This document shows, in pieces, positions 50,447 to 61,834 of a stretch of 64,000 bases of DNA. The DNA is taken from assembly GCF_054482595.1 (NCBI RefSeq), contig NZ_CM137008.1. One strand, given 5' to 3'. Positions within the stretch are counted from its first letter, which is position 1, and each line of letters opens with the position of its first letter. The notes under the pieces were generated by a model, which ran no database searches, was not told where the DNA came from, and saw nothing but the letters and a program-made list of their open reading frames with translations. The translations under genes were made by a program, and so were the position numbers.

Positions 50447-51081
50447 TGTTTTGCCGCCTTGATGAGAGTGGTTTTCACCGGGAAATAATCTGCGCCGAGA
50501 TACTGTTCCGACTGGCGAATTTGCCCTTCGCTGTCGATCCAATAGCGGTTATGCCAGCGCGCCTGGTCGGTGGAGACTTCTTCGTCCAGCACGCGAACCG
50601 CGGTTTCATCGCTGCCGACCTTAACGGTACCGGTGCCATCCCATTTGAAGACTGAGCGTGCGGTGGCGTAGCGTACCTGCTGGTACTCGGTCCAGCCCAT
50701 CGTGCGCATCCAGGTTGCGCCATCAATGATTTGTGCGGGTTTAATCAGCGGGTCGGCGGCAAGGTTATTCACTTCAATCAGGTTGTCGCCGCCAAGCAAA
50801 GTCTTCACCAGACGACCATGTTGTGTGACGAGAGTAGCCTGATCCTGAGTGACCCATTTTTGTTGTCCGTCTTCAGCGAAGGCCAGCACCACAAATAACT
50901 GCGGCCCGCCATTAAGCTGCATGTACTGGCTGGCGTAGGGCATATTTTGAATATCATCATCCGTCAGCTGTACGCCTGGCGTACCGAACAGACTGTCCCA
51001 CAGTGAATTGCCCAGCTCTTTCGTCGTGGCTGAACAGGCCTGTAATAGCAGGCAGATAAGAATGAATGCAGGTCGCTTCAC
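50443..51081 (-). CDS. yjbF: Lipoprotein YjbF
   Basis: Lipobox LLQAC-S near the N-terminus; start taken as a GTG 10 codons into the track ORF (about 212 aa). Confidence 0.75.
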   Translation of the reverse strand: MKRPAFILICLLLQACSATTKELGNSLWDSLFGTPGVQLTDDDIQNMPYASQYMQLNGGPQLFVVLAFAEDGQQKWVTQDQATLVTQHGRLVKTLLGGDNLIEVNNLAADPLIKPAQIIDGATWMRTMGWTEYQQVRYATARSVFKWDGTGTVKVGSDETAVRVLDEEVSTDQARWHNRYWIDSEGQIRQSEQYLGADYFPVKTTLIKAAKQ

Positions 51082-51194
51082 GACTCTTCTCCAGAGGGGC
51101 AGAATAACCACACCGGAGTGTGGTTATGGTAAATCCCTTCATACTTCTAGCCACAGATGCAATGACTCGAATTATTTTGGGGATACATACTTTA

Positions 51195-51437
51195 TTACTG
51201 GGTACTGGTGGTTGTGGTTGTTGTGGTCCCGGTATTAGAACCATCACCGCCACCGGTTGCCGCGAGCGCGACACCCACCGCCGAGCTTACGGTGCTGACG
51301 CTGGTCGCGGAGGAACTCCCCGCCGAAACCGACGTTGCTGCCGACCCTGCCGCTTCGCCCACCTGTACAGGTGCAGCCCACGCAGAAGTCGCCGCAAGCG
51401 CAGATATGGCAAAAATGCCATACAGAACTTTTTTCAT
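51195..51437 (-). CDS. yjbE: Small secreted Ser/Thr/Gly-rich protein YjbE
   Basis: 80-aa ORF with signal peptide [21 protein letters not shown] and a poly-Thr C-terminus. Confidence 0.8.
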
Positions 51438-51747
51438 AACAATTTCCCTTCATTGAATGAATGGAGATTTACCCAAAAACATTTCGGGCGGGATCGAGTA
51501 TACACAACTAAAGCATACGAATTACGGCGCGGGGAATTAGCGATGGCGTTTTAGGATAATTGGAATGAATATCAAATATAAGTTTCAACTTATATTTAAA
51601 TAACAATAAAAATCATAAACTTAAAATAAAAACAAAAGTAATTAATCTGCGTATTTTCCGAAATAAACAACGATTAAAAATCTATTTTAGGATTAACCTC
51701 ACGGTATGATTTCCGTTAAATCACAGACAAGGGGATTTATCTGATAA

Positions 51748-51776
51748 AACAATGCCGACATAACGTCGGCATTGTT
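51748..51776. terminator. 12-bp perfect palindrome; possible pgi terminator or protein-binding site
   Basis: AACAATGCCGAC-ATAAC-GTCGGCATTGTT; on the minus strand followed by UUAUCAGAUAAAUC. Confidence 0.4.
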
Positions 51777-51839
51777 ATTAAGGTTATTTAATCAATCGTG
51801 CTATGCATTAATTGCCGAATACGATGTACATATCGGCAT

Positions 51840-51945
<106 letters not shown>

Positions 51946-51949
51946 ATGA

Positions 51950-53599
51950 TTAACCGCGCCACGCTTTATAGCGGTTAATCAGACCATTGGTCGAGCTATC
52001 GTGGCTGCTGATTTCTTTATCATCTTTCAGCTCTGGCAGAATACGGTTCGCCAGCTGTTTACCCAGTTCCACGCCCCACTGGTCGAAGGTGAAGATGTTC
52101 AGGATCACGCCCTGAGTAAAGATTTTGTGCTCATACAGCGCAATCAACGCACCCAGGCTGAACGGAGTGATTTCACGCAGCAGGATGGAGTTGGTCGGGC
52201 GGTTACCTTCGAACACTTTGAACGGCACCACGTAGTCAAGCGTTGCCGGATCTTTACCCTGATCGCGATATTCCTGCTCAACCACTTCGCGGGATTTACC
52301 AAACGCCAGCGCTTCGGTCTGGGCAAAGAAGTTAGACAGCAGTTTCTGGTGATGATCAGAGAGCGGGTTATGGGTGATAGCCGGGGCGATGAAATCGCAC
52401 GGTACCATTTTAGTTCCCTGGTGGATCAGCTGGTAGAACGCGTGCTGACCGTTAGTACCTGGTTCCCCCCAGATAATCGGGCCAGTCTGGTAATCCACAA
52501 CATTACCGTTACGGTCAACATACTTACCGTTGGATTCCATATTGCCCTGCTGGAAGTACGCCGCGAAACGGTGCATATACTGGTCATACGGCAGAATCGC
52601 TTCAGTTTCCGCACCAAAGAAATTGTTGTACCAGATGCCAATCAGCGCCAGCAAGACAGGCAGGTTTTTCTCGGCAGGCGTGGTGGAGAAATGCTTGTCC
52701 ATCGCGTGTGCGCCAGAAAGCAGTTCAACGAAGTTATCAAAGCCGATGGAGAGAACAATCGACAGGCCAATCGCTGACCACAAAGAGTAACGGCCGCCGA
52801 CCCAGTCCCAGAACTCGAACATGTTGGCAGTATCAATACCAAACTCGCCAACGGCTTTGGCATTGGTTGAGAGCGCCGCAAAGTGTTTCGCAACGTGTTT
52901 TTCATCACCTGCCGCTTTCAGGAACCAGTCACGCGCGCTATGGGCGTTGGTCATGGTTTCCTGAGTGGTGAAGGTTTTAGATGCTACCAGGAACAGCGTG
53001 GTTTCCGGGTTTACTTTTTTCAGCACTTCCGCGATGTGAGTCCCATCGACGTTAGAAACAAAGTGCATGTTCAGGTGATTTTTGTACGGACGCAGTGCTT
53101 CGGTCACCATGTACGGGCCGAGGTCAGAACCACCGATCCCGATGTTCACTACGTCAGTGATTGCTTTGCCGGTATAACCCTTCCACTCACCGGAGATAAT
53201 CGCTTCCGAGAAGGCTTTCATCTTCTCCAGCACCGCGTTGACTTCCGGCATTACGTCTTTGCCATCAACCAGAATCGGGGTATTGCTACGGTTACGCAGC
53301 GCTACGTGCAGCACGGCGCGGTTTTCAGTGCGGTTGATCTTCTCGCCAGAGAACATCGACTTAATCGCGCCCGCCAGATCGCACTCTTTCGCCAGATCTT
53401 GTAATTTCGCCAGCGTCTCTTCAGTGATGCGGTTTTTGGAGTAATCCACCAGCATCTGATCGTCGAAGGTTGCGGAGAACTTAGAAAAACGATCGCCGTC
53501 TTTAGCAAAAAGATCGGCGATCGTAACGTCTTTCATTTCATCGAAGTGTTTCTGTAGTGCCTGCCAGGCAGCGGTCTGCGTTGGATTGATGTTTTTCAT
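51950..53599 (-). CDS. pgi: Glucose-6-phosphate isomerase
   Basis: 549-aa product [38 protein letters not shown]... Confidence 0.98.
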   Translation of the reverse strand: MKNINPTQTAAWQALQKHFDEMKDVTIADLFAKDGDRFSKFSATFDDQMLVDYSKNRITEETLAKLQDLAKECDLAGAIKSMFSGEKINRTENRAVLHVALRNRSNTPILVDGKDVMPEVNAVLEKMKAFSEAIISGEWKGYTGKAITDVVNIGIGGSDLGPYMVTEALRPYKNHLNMHFVSNVDGTHIAEVLKKVNPETTLFLVASKTFTTQETMTNAHSARDWFLKAAGDEKHVAKHFAALSTNAKAVGEFGIDTANMFEFWDWVGGRYSLWSAIGLSIVLSIGFDNFVELLSGAHAMDKHFSTTPAEKNLPVLLALIGIWYNNFFGAETEAILPYDQYMHRFAAYFQQGNMESNGKYVDRNGNVVDYQTGPIIWGEPGTNGQHAFYQLIHQGTKMVPCDFIAPAITHNPLSDHHQKLLSNFFAQTEALAFGKSREVVEQEYRDQGKDPATLDYVVPFKVFEGNRPTNSILLREITPFSLGALIALYEHKIFTQGVILNIFTFDQWGVELGKQLANRILPELKDDKEISSHDSSTNGLINRYKAWRG

Positions 53600-53839
53600 T
53601 AGCAATACTCTTCTGATTTTGAGAATTGTGACTTTGGAAGATTGTAGCGCCAGTCACAGAAAAATGTGATGGTTTTAGTGCCGTTAGCGTAATGTTGAGT
53701 GTAAACCCTTAGCGCAGTGAAGCATTTATTAGCTGAACTACTGACCGCCAGGAGTGGATGAAAAATCCGCATGACCCCGTCGTTGACAACCGCCCCGCTC
53801 ACCCTTTATTTATAAATGTACTACCTGCGCTAGCGCAGG

Positions 53840-54060
53840 CCAGAAGAGGCGCGTTGCCCAAGTAACGGTGTTGGAGGAGCCAGTCCTGTGATAACACCTG
53901 AGGGGGTGCATCGCCGAGGTGATTGAACGGCTGGCCACGTTCATCATCGGCTACAGGGGCTGAATCCCCTGGGTTGTCACCAGAAGCGTTCGCAGTCGGG
54001 CGTTTCGCAAGTGGTGGAGCACTTCTGGGTGAAAATAGTAGCGAAGTATCGCTCTGCGCC
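53840..54060 (+). promoter_or_regulatory. lysC leader, expected lysine riboswitch (boundaries approximate)
   Basis: About 300-nt structured leader upstream of lysC containing GAGGCGC and GGAGGAGC segments; E. coli lysC is known to carry a LYS riboswitch here. Confidence 0.5.
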
Positions 54061-54123
54061 CACCCGTCTTCCGCTCTTCCCTTGTGCCAAGGCTGAAAAT
54101 GGATCCCCTGACACGAGGTAGTT

Positions 54124-55473
54124 ATGTCTGAAATTGTTGTCTCCAAATTTGGCGGTACCAGCGTAGCTGATTTTGACGCCATGAACCGCAGCGCTGATAT
54201 TGTGCTTTCTGATGCCAACGTGCGTTTAGTAGTCCTCTCGGCTTCTGCTGGTATCACTAATCTGCTGGTCGCTTTAGCGGAAGGGCTGGAACCTGGCGAG
54301 CGATTCGAAAAACTCGACGCTATTCGCAACATCCAGTTTGCCATTCTGGAACGTCTGCGTTACCCGAACGTTATCCGTGAAGAGATTGAACGTCTGCTGG
54401 AGAACATTACTGTTCTGGCAGAAGCGGCGGCGCTGGCAACGTCTCCGGCGCTGACAGATGAACTGGTCAGCCACGGCGAGCTGATGTCGACCCTGCTGTT
54501 TGTTGAGATCCTGCGCGAACGCGATGTTCAGGCACAGTGGTTTGATGTACGTAAAGTGATGCGTACCAACGACCGATTTGGTCGTGCAGAGCCAGATGTA
54601 GCCGCGCTGGCGGAACTGGCCGCGCTGCAGCTGCTCCCACGCCTCAATGAAGGCTTAGTGATCACCCAGGGATTTATCGGTAGCGAAAATAAAGGTCGAA
54701 CAACGACGCTTGGCCGTGGAGGCAGCGATTATACGGCAGCCTTGCTGGCGGAGGCTTTACACGCATCTCGTGTTGATATCTGGACCGACGTCCCGGGCAT
54801 CTACACCACCGATCCACGCGTGGTTTCCGCAGCAAAACGCATTGATGAAATCGCGTTTGCCGAAGCGGCAGAGATGGCAACTTTTGGTGCAAAAGTACTG
54901 CATCCGGCAACGTTGCTACCCGCAGTACGCAGCGATATCCCGGTCTTTGTCGGCTCCAGCAAAGACCCACGCGCAGGTGGTACGCTGGTGTGCAATAAAA
55001 CTGAAAATCCGCCGCTGTTCCGCGCGCTGGCGCTTCGTCGCAATCAGACTCTGCTCACTTTGCACAGCCTGAATATGCTGCATTCTCGCGGTTTCCTCGC
55101 GGAAGTTTTCGGCATCCTCGCGCGGCATAATATTTCGGTAGACTTAATCACCACGTCAGAAGTGAGCGTGGCATTAACCCTTGATACCACCGGTTCAACC
55201 TCCACTGGCGATACGTTGCTGACGCAATCTCTGCTGATGGAGCTTTCCGCACTGTGCCGGGTGGAGGTGGAAGAAGGTCTGGCGCTGGTCGCGTTGATTG
55301 GCAATGACCTGTCAAAAGCCTGCGGCGTTGGCAAAGAGGTATTCGGCGTACTGGAACCGTTCAACATTCGCATGATTTGTTACGGCGCATCCAGCCATAA
55401 CCTGTGCTTCCTGGTGCCCGGCGAAGATGCCGAGCAGGTGGTGCAGAAGCTGCATTTTAATTTGTTTGAGTAA
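54124..55473 (+). CDS. lysC: Lysine-sensitive aspartokinase III
   Basis: 449-aa ORF MSEIVVSKFGGTSVADFDAMNRSADIVLSD... with C-terminal ACT domains. Confidence 0.98.
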   Translation: MSEIVVSKFGGTSVADFDAMNRSADIVLSDANVRLVVLSASAGITNLLVALAEGLEPGERFEKLDAIRNIQFAILERLRYPNVIREEIERLLENITVLAEAAALATSPALTDELVSHGELMSTLLFVEILRERDVQAQWFDVRKVMRTNDRFGRAEPDVAALAELAALQLLPRLNEGLVITQGFIGSENKGRTTTLGRGGSDYTAALLAEALHASRVDIWTDVPGIYTTDPRVVSAAKRIDEIAFAEAAEMATFGAKVLHPATLLPAVRSDIPVFVGSSKDPRAGGTLVCNKTENPPLFRALALRRNQTLLTLHSLNMLHSRGFLAEVFGILARHNISVDLITTSEVSVALTLDTTGSTSTGDTLLTQSLLMELSALCRVEVEEGLALVALIGNDLSKACGVGKEVFGVLEPFNIRMICYGASSHNLCFLVPGEDAEQVVQKLHFNLFE

Positions 55474-55725
55474 ATACTGTATGGCCTGGAAGCTATATTT
55501 CGGGCCGTATTGATTTTCTTGTCACTATGCTCATCAATAAACGAGCCTGTACTCTGTTAACCAGCGTCTTTATCGGAGAATAATTGCCTTTAATTTTTTT
55601 ATCTGCATCTCTAATTAATTATCGAAAGAGATAAATAGTTAAGAGAAGGCAAAATGAATATTATCAGTTCTGCTCGCAAACGAATTCCCGTACACTGAAC
55701 TCTCTGGCTCACTGAGGGCACCATC

Positions 55726-55998
55726 ATGGCACTCCCCCGTATTACCCAAAAAGAGATGACTGAGCGCGAGCAGCGTGAACTTAAAACACTGCTGGATCGG
55801 GCGCGGATTGCGCATGGTCGCGTACTGACCAACTCCGAAACCAACAGCATTAAGAAAGAGTACATCGATAAATTAATGGTCGAGCGTGAGGCTGAAGCGA
55901 AAAAAGCCCGCCAGTTAAAGAAAAAGCAGGCTTATAAACCGGATCCTGAAGCGTCATTTAGCTGGTCAGCAAATACGTCGACGCGCGGCAGGCGCTAA
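55726..55998 (+). CDS. yjbD: Small basic protein YjbD (DUF3811)
   Basis: 90-aa ORF in the conserved position between lysC and rluF. Confidence 0.7.
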   Translation: MALPRITQKEMTEREQRELKTLLDRARIAHGRVLTNSETNSIKKEYIDKLMVEREAEAKKARQLKKKQAYKPDPEASFSWSANTSTRGRR

Positions 55999-56130
55999 TG
56001 AACAATCAACGCCTGAGATTTTCACTCGTCTGTGTGGACACAATCTTCCCCTCAACCTAACCCTCTCCCCGAAGGGGCGAGGGGACTGTCCGAGCACTTT
56101 TTGGACGTTTTCATCAGTCTGAGGCGTTAA

Positions 56131-57003
56131 TCAGCGTCCCTTCTTTTTACGCCCCGGCGAGGTAAAACGCTTACCGTTGGACGCCGGGCGACCGCCTTTT
56201 TCCGCCGTTTTTTCCATCTTAACGACTGGACGTTTGATGCCCGCCGTTTTCGGTTTAGCCTTCGCTTTAGGTTTTGCCTCGGAAGAGGAATTTTCAATGA
56301 GCTTAAAGAGGTCGATTAACTCATCGTCGGTTAAATCGCGCCACTCCCCCAGTGGAATGCCGCTTAAGCTGACGTTCATAATGCGCGTACGTTCCAGCTT
56401 TTTCACTTCGTAACCAAAGTGCTCACACATGCGACGGATCTGACGGTTCAACCCCTGCACCAGGGTAATGCGGAAGACAAACGGTGCTTCTTTTTTGATT
56501 TTGCACTTTTTCGTCACCGTCCCGAGGATCGGCACTCCCGCCCCCATACCACGAATAAATTCATCGGTAATCGGTTTATCGACCGTTACCAAATACTCTT
56601 TTTCATGATCATTGCCAGCACGCAGGATCTTATTCACCAGATCGCCGTGATTGGTGAGGAAAATCAGCCCCTGGGAGTCTTTATCCAGGCGGCCAATCGG
56701 GAACACGCGTTTGCTGTGGTTAACGAAATCGACAATGTTATCGCGCTCGCCATCTTCGGTGGTGCTGACAATACCGACGGGCTTGTTCAGGGCGATAAGT
56801 ACCAAATCTTCGGCTTCCCGAGGCTCAATCAACTGACCGTTTACTTTCACAACGTCGCCGGGTTTCACCTGATCGCCAATGGTGGCTCGCTTGCCATTAA
56901 GGAACACATTGCCTTGCTCGATATAGCGATCCGCTTCGCGGCGTGAGCAAATTCCGCTTTCGCTGATGTATTTATTTAAACGGACTGATGAGTCGGGCAG
57001 CAT
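56131..57003 (-). CDS. rluF: 23S rRNA pseudouridine synthase F
   Basis: 290-aa ORF with S4 domain and RsuA-family catalytic region (…[13 protein letters not shown]…), Lys-rich tail. Confidence 0.93.
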   Translation of the reverse strand: MLPDSSVRLNKYISESGICSRREADRYIEQGNVFLNGKRATIGDQVKPGDVVKVNGQLIEPREAEDLVLIALNKPVGIVSTTEDGERDNIVDFVNHSKRVFPIGRLDKDSQGLIFLTNHGDLVNKILRAGNDHEKEYLVTVDKPITDEFIRGMGAGVPILGTVTKKCKIKKEAPFVFRITLVQGLNRQIRRMCEHFGYEVKKLERTRIMNVSLSGIPLGEWRDLTDDELIDLFKLIENSSSEAKPKAKAKPKTAGIKRPVVKMEKTAEKGGRPASNGKRFTSPGRKKKGR

Positions 57004-57350
57004 AAATTCTCCTGTAAAACGCGGAATATACCGTACCTCTTAGCAGGGAAAAACAGAGTTATGCGGCAACGTCGAAATTAAATGTGATCTGCCGCGCCTT
57101 TTATCACAAAAGTGTCTCCGGAAGTACAATGCAAATTTGCGTGGCAAAATAAGGATAATCAACATATTACGAATCGCTGCACACCTGTGCTGATAACTAC
57201 TACGCAGAGAAACAAATGTGCAAGAGAAAGCGCTATTTCTCCCCATGCAAAGAGTGAAAAATCGCTTTGAAAGGCCATCATGATGGGGTTATATCAGATC
57301 AAGCGGTGAGAAAGCGTATTTGCACAAATGTGCAGAACCAGGAGGCGGCA

Positions 57351-58298
57351 ATGGAAAACAGTGACGATATCCGTTTGATTGTGAAGATTGCCCAACTCTA
57401 TTACGAACAGGATATGACGCAGGCGCAAATCGCGCGCGAACTGGGTATTTACCGCACCACCATCAGCCGCTTGCTTAAACGAGGCCGCGATCAGGGAATT
57501 GTCACCATCGCCATCAACTATGACTACAACGAAAATCTCTGGCTGGAGCAGCAACTGAAGCAAAAGTTTGGCCTGAAAGACGTTGTGGTGGTGTCGGGAA
57601 ATGATGAGGATGAAGAGACTCAACTGGCGATGATGGGGTTACACGGCGCGCAACTGCTGGATCGCTTGCTGGAGCCTGGCGATATTGTCGGTTTTTCCTG
57701 GGGTCGCGCGGTGAGCGCACTGGTTGAAAACTTGCCGCAGGCGGGGCAATCGCGGCAGTTAATCTGCGTACCAATTATTGGCGGACCGTCCGGTAAACTC
57801 GAAAGCCGCTATCACGTAAACACATTAACCTACAGCGCGGCAGCGAAGCTGAAAGGGGAATCGCATCTCGCGGATTTTCCGGCTCTACTGGATAACCCAT
57901 TAATTCGTAATGGGATCATGCAGTCTCAGCACTTTAAAACCATCTCTGCCTACTGGGATAATCTGGATGTCGCCCTGGTGGGAATTGGCTCACCGGCCAT
58001 TCGCGACGGCGCTAACTGGCATGCGTTTTATGGTGGTGAAGAGAGTGACGACCTGAATGCCCGCCAGGTTGCTGGCGATATTTGCTCGCGCTTTTTTGAT
58101 ATTCACGGCGCAATGGTTGAAACGAATATGAGCGAAAAAACACTCTCTATCGAAATGAATAAATTAAAGCAGGCGCGGTATTCCATTGGCATTGCCATGA
58201 GTGCAGAAAAATACAGCGGAATTGTTGGTGCACTGCGTGGAAAATATATTAATTGTCTGGTAACGAATAGCAGCACAGCTGAACTATTACTGAAATAA
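57351..58298 (+). CDS. sorC: SorC/DeoR-family transcriptional regulator of the sorbose operon
   Basis: ATG at 57351 with AGGAGG RBS; N-terminal HTH (…MTQAQIARELGIYRTTISRLLKRGRDQGIVTI…) plus sugar-phosphate-binding domain. Confidence 0.85.
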   Translation: MENSDDIRLIVKIAQLYYEQDMTQAQIARELGIYRTTISRLLKRGRDQGIVTIAINYDYNENLWLEQQLKQKFGLKDVVVVSGNDEDEETQLAMMGLHGAQLLDRLLEPGDIVGFSWGRAVSALVENLPQAGQSRQLICVPIIGGPSGKLESRYHVNTLTYSAAAKLKGESHLADFPALLDNPLIRNGIMQSQHFKTISAYWDNLDVALVGIGSPAIRDGANWHAFYGGEESDDLNARQVAGDICSRFFDIHGAMVETNMSEKTLSIEMNKLKQARYSIGIAMSAEKYSGIVGALRGKYINCLVTNSSTAELLLK

Positions 58299-58367
58299 AA
58301 ATCTTCCCGATGTTTACCGTAATAAAAATTACGGCGGGTCCCTATTATCTAAAATCAGGAGTCTGTT

Positions 58368-59174
58368 ATGCAAACGTGGTTAAATTTGCAGGATAAAATC
58401 ATTATCGTCACCGGCGGCGCATCCGGTATTGGTCTGGCGATTGTAGAGGAATTATTAGCACAAGGCGCAAACGTACAGATGGTAGATATTCACGGTGGCG
58501 ATGGTCAATATGAAGGTCATAAAGGCTATCAGTTTTGGCCGACCGATATTTCCAGCGCCAAAGAGGTAAATCATACGGTAGCGGAAATTATCCAGCGTTT
58601 TGGTCGCATCGACGGTCTGGTCAATAACGCCGGGGTCAATTTCCCGCGTCTGCTGGTCGATGAGAAAGCGCCTGCCGGGAAGTATGAACTCAACGAAGCT
58701 GCATTCGAAAAAATGGTCAATATCAACCAGAAAGGCGTTTTTCTGATGTCGCAGGCGGTGGCGCGACAGATGGTCAAACAACATGATGGCGTGATTGTGA
58801 ATGTTTCCTCAGAAAGTGGACTGGAAGGCTCAGAAGGACAAAGCTGTTACGCCGCTACCAAAGCCGCGCTCAATAGCTTCACGCGCTCCTGGTCGAAAGA
58901 GCTGGGTAAACACGGTATCCGTGTGGTCGGTATCGCGCCGGGGATTCTGGAAAAAACAGGACTGCGCACGCCGGAATATGAAGAAGCGCTGGCGTGGACG
59001 CGCAATATCACCGTCGAGCAGCTGCGTGAAGGCTATACCAAAAACGCCATTCCTATTGGGCGCGCCGGAAGATTAGCAGAAGTCGCTGATTTTGTTTGTT
59101 ATCTGCTGTCTGAACGCGCCAGCTACATCACCGGAGTAACCACTAACATTGCGGGCGGCAAAACGCGCGGATAA
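58368..59174 (+). CDS. sorD: Short-chain dehydrogenase (sorbitol-6-phosphate dehydrogenase type)
   Basis: 268-aa ORF with TGGASGIG Rossmann motif and SDR catalytic YxxxK (YAATKAAL). Confidence 0.85.
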   Translation: MQTWLNLQDKIIIVTGGASGIGLAIVEELLAQGANVQMVDIHGGDGQYEGHKGYQFWPTDISSAKEVNHTVAEIIQRFGRIDGLVNNAGVNFPRLLVDEKAPAGKYELNEAAFEKMVNINQKGVFLMSQAVARQMVKQHDGVIVNVSSESGLEGSEGQSCYAATKAALNSFTRSWSKELGKHGIRVVGIAPGILEKTGLRTPEYEEALAWTRNITVEQLREGYTKNAIPIGRAGRLAEVADFVCYLLSERASYITGVTTNIAGGKTRG

Positions 59175-59183
59175 GGAGGCTTT

Positions 59184-59591
59184 ATGGTCAACGCCATTTT
59201 TTGTGCCCACGGCAAATTAGCTTGCGCCATGCTGGAATCGGTTCAGATGGTTTACGGCAACACCAATGTTGAAGCCGTTGAATTTGTGCCCGGTGAAAAC
59301 GCCGGAGACATCGTAGCAAAGCTGAAAAAGTTAGTAAGCATTCACAATCAAGATGAGTGGCTGATTGCCGTGGATTTACAGTGCGGCAGCCCGTGGAATG
59401 CGGCAGCGATGCTTGCGATGCGCAATCCTCGTCTGCGGGTAATCAGCGGACTTTCTCTGCCGCTGGCGCTCGAACTGGTTGATAACCAGGACAGCATGAA
59501 TGTTGATGAACTGTGTGAACACCTGACGCAAATCGCAAAGCAAACCTGCGTTGTCTGGAAACAACTGGCAACGACAGAGGAGGATTTCTGA
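59184..59591 (+). CDS. sorF: PTS sorbose-specific EIIA (mannose family)
   Basis: 135-aa ORF with AAGGAGG RBS; stop overlaps sorB start. Confidence 0.85.
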   Translation: MVNAIFCAHGKLACAMLESVQMVYGNTNVEAVEFVPGENAGDIVAKLKKLVSIHNQDEWLIAVDLQCGSPWNAAAMLAMRNPRLRVISGLSLPLALELVDNQDSMNVDELCEHLTQIAKQTCVVWKQLATTEEDF

Positions 59592-60085
59592 TGAACATTA
59601 CGCTCGCCCGCATTGATGACCGCCTGATCCATGGTCAGGTCACTACCGTCTGGTCGAAAGTGGCTAACGCCCAGCGCATTATTATCTGCAATGACGAAGT
59701 TTATAACGATGAAGTTCGCCGGACATTATTGCGTCAGGCTGCGCCACCGGGAATGAAGGTTAACGTGGTCAATATTGAAAAAGCCATCGCGGTTTATCAC
59801 AACCCGCAATATCAGGACGAAACCGTTTTTTATCTTTTCACTCGCCCACAGGATGCCTTAGCGATGGTTCGCCAGGGGGTAAAAATAGGCACCCTGAATA
59901 TTGGCGGCATGGCCTGGCGGCCCGGTAAAAAACAGTTAACCAAAGCGGTTTCATTAGATGATGATGATATTAACGCATTTCATGAGTTAAATAATCTTGG
60001 CGTCATATTGGATTTACGCGTCGTAGCGTCAGATCCCTCAATCAATATTATCGACAAAATAAACGAACAGTTAATCGCAAATTAA
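59591..60085 (+). CDS. sorB: PTS sorbose-specific EIIB (mannose family)
   Basis: 164-aa ORF with phosphorylatable His in RIDDRLIHGQV. Confidence 0.88.
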   Translation: MNITLARIDDRLIHGQVTTVWSKVANAQRIIICNDEVYNDEVRRTLLRQAAPPGMKVNVVNIEKAIAVYHNPQYQDETVFYLFTRPQDALAMVRQGVKIGTLNIGGMAWRPGKKQLTKAVSLDDDDINAFHELNNLGVILDLRVVASDPSINIIDKINEQLIAN

Positions 60086-60150
60086 ATAATAGCGCCTGTG
60101 TACATATGCTTTAACAGGCAGGGATGACGACACTTAAAAGGTGACAAATC

Positions 60151-60948
60151 ATGGAAATAAGTACCCTACAAATTATTGCTATATTTCTTTTTTTCTGTAT
60201 TGCCGGAATGGGCAGCGTGCTGGATGAATTTCAGACTCATCGCCCGTTAATTGCCTGTACGGTGATTGGTTTAATTCTCGGTGATTTAAAAACCGGAATA
60301 ATACTCGGTGGTACGCTGGAATTGATAGCTCTCGGCTGGATGAACGTCGGCGCGGCGCAATCTCCGGACTCTGCACTCGCCAGCATAATCTCCGCCATTC
60401 TGGTTATCGTTGGTCAGCAAAGCATCGCCACCGGAATCGCCATCGCGTTGCCTGTGGCTGCGGCAGGCCAGGTGCTGACGGTGTTTGCCCGTACCATCAC
60501 CGTAGTGTTCCAGCACGCGGCGGATAAAGCAGCGGAAGAGGCGCAGTTTCGCACTCTCGATATTCTGCATGTCTCCGCGCTTGGCGTGCAGGCGCTGCGC
60601 GTTGCTATTCCGGCACTGATTGTCTCGCTGTTCGTCAGCGCCGATATGGTGAGCAATATGTTAAACGCCATTCCCGAATTTGTGACCCGAGGACTACAGA
60701 TTGCTGGCGGTTTTATCGTGGTGGTCGGTTACGCCATGGTGCTACGTATGATGGGCGTGAAATATTTGATGCCTTTCTTTTTCCTCGGTTTCCTCGCAGG
60801 TGGCTACCTCGATCTCAGTCTGCTGGCGTTCGGTGGCGTCGGCGTGATCATGGCCCTGGTCTACATCCAGCTAAATCCACAGTGGCGTAAAGCTGAACCT
60901 CAACTCCAGGCCACCGCCTCCACCGCCCTTGACCAACTTGACGATTAA
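60151..60948 (+). CDS. sorA: PTS sorbose-specific EIIC (mannose family)
   Basis: 265-aa polytopic membrane ORF. Confidence 0.85.
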   Translation: MEISTLQIIAIFLFFCIAGMGSVLDEFQTHRPLIACTVIGLILGDLKTGIILGGTLELIALGWMNVGAAQSPDSALASIISAILVIVGQQSIATGIAIALPVAAAGQVLTVFARTITVVFQHAADKAAEEAQFRTLDILHVSALGVQALRVAIPALIVSLFVSADMVSNMLNAIPEFVTRGLQIAGGFIVVVGYAMVLRMMGVKYLMPFFFLGFLAGGYLDLSLLAFGGVGVIMALVYIQLNPQWRKAEPQLQATASTALDQLDD

Positions 60949-60958
60949 CGGAGCCATC

Positions 60959-61783
60959 ATGGAACAGAGAAAAATTACACGCAGCGATCTGGTGAGCATG
61001 TTTCTGCGCTCCAACCTGCAACAGGCGTCCTTTAACTTTGAACGTATTCACGGGCTGGGTTTTTGCTACGACATGATCCCCGCCATCAAGCGACTTTACC
61101 CATTAAAAGAGGATCAGGTTGCGGCGCTCAGGCGACACCTGGTGTTCTTCAATACCACGCCAGCCGTATGTGGCCCGGTCATCGGCGTCACTGCCGCCAT
61201 GGAAGAGGCGCGGGCCAACGGCGCGGAAATTGATGACGGTACCATTAACGGCATCAAAGTCGGTCTGATGGGACCATTGGCAGGAGTTGGCGATCCACTG
61301 GTCTGGGGAACGCTGCGCCCGATTACCGCCGCGCTCGGCGCATCTCTGGCACTTTCGGGCAACATTCTCGGCCCGCTGCTGTTCTTCTTTATTTTCAATG
61401 CGGTGCGTCTGGCGATGAAGTGGTATGGCCTACAGCTCGGCTTTCGCAAAGGGGTGAATATCGTCAGCGATATGGGCGGGAATGTGCTGCAAAAACTCAC
61501 CGAAGGCGCGTCGATTCTCGGACTGTTTGTGATGGGCGTGCTGGTCACCAAATGGACGTCAATCAACGTACCGTTGGTGGTTTCACAAACGCATGCCGCC
61601 GATGGCTCCACCGTCACCATGACCGTGCAGAACATTCTCGACCAACTTTGCCCTGGTTTGCTGGCGCTCGGTCTGACGCTACTAATGGTTCGTCTGCTCA
61701 ACAAAAAAATTAACCCGGTATGGCTGATTTTCGCCCTGTTTGGCTTAGGGATTATCGGCAATGCGCTGGGCTTCCTGTCCTGA
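60959..61783 (+). CDS. sorM: PTS sorbose-specific EIID (mannose family)
   Basis: ATG at 60959 after ACGGAG RBS (track ORF begins at an upstream TTG); membrane protein. Confidence 0.85.
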   Translation: MEQRKITRSDLVSMFLRSNLQQASFNFERIHGLGFCYDMIPAIKRLYPLKEDQVAALRRHLVFFNTTPAVCGPVIGVTAAMEEARANGAEIDDGTINGIKVGLMGPLAGVGDPLVWGTLRPITAALGASLALSGNILGPLLFFFIFNAVRLAMKWYGLQLGFRKGVNIVSDMGGNVLQKLTEGASILGLFVMGVLVTKWTSINVPLVVSQTHAADGSTVTMTVQNILDQLCPGLLALGLTLLMVRLLNKKINPVWLIFALFGLGIIGNALGFLS

Positions 61784-61834
61784 TTCTTCGCCCCGGCACG
61801 ACTGCCGGGGCCATCGCTCAACATAAGGTGGTTT

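Noticed and set aside
51208-51456. 82-aa ORF antisense to yjbE
   Set aside because: Mirror of the Thr/Ser/Gly-rich yjbE coding sequence; the sense gene has a signal peptide and operon context.
52001-52777. 258-aa ORF antisense to pgi
   Set aside because: Shadow ORF inside pgi, which is unambiguous.
57004-57350. Possible mobile-element scar at the rluF side of the sor island
   Set aside because: I could not identify inverted repeats, REP units or integrase remnants by eye; the junction needs alignment to a sor-negative genome.
61114-61824. 236-aa ORF antisense to sorM
   Set aside because: Shadow ORF; the sense-strand PTS IID gene has RBS and operon context.
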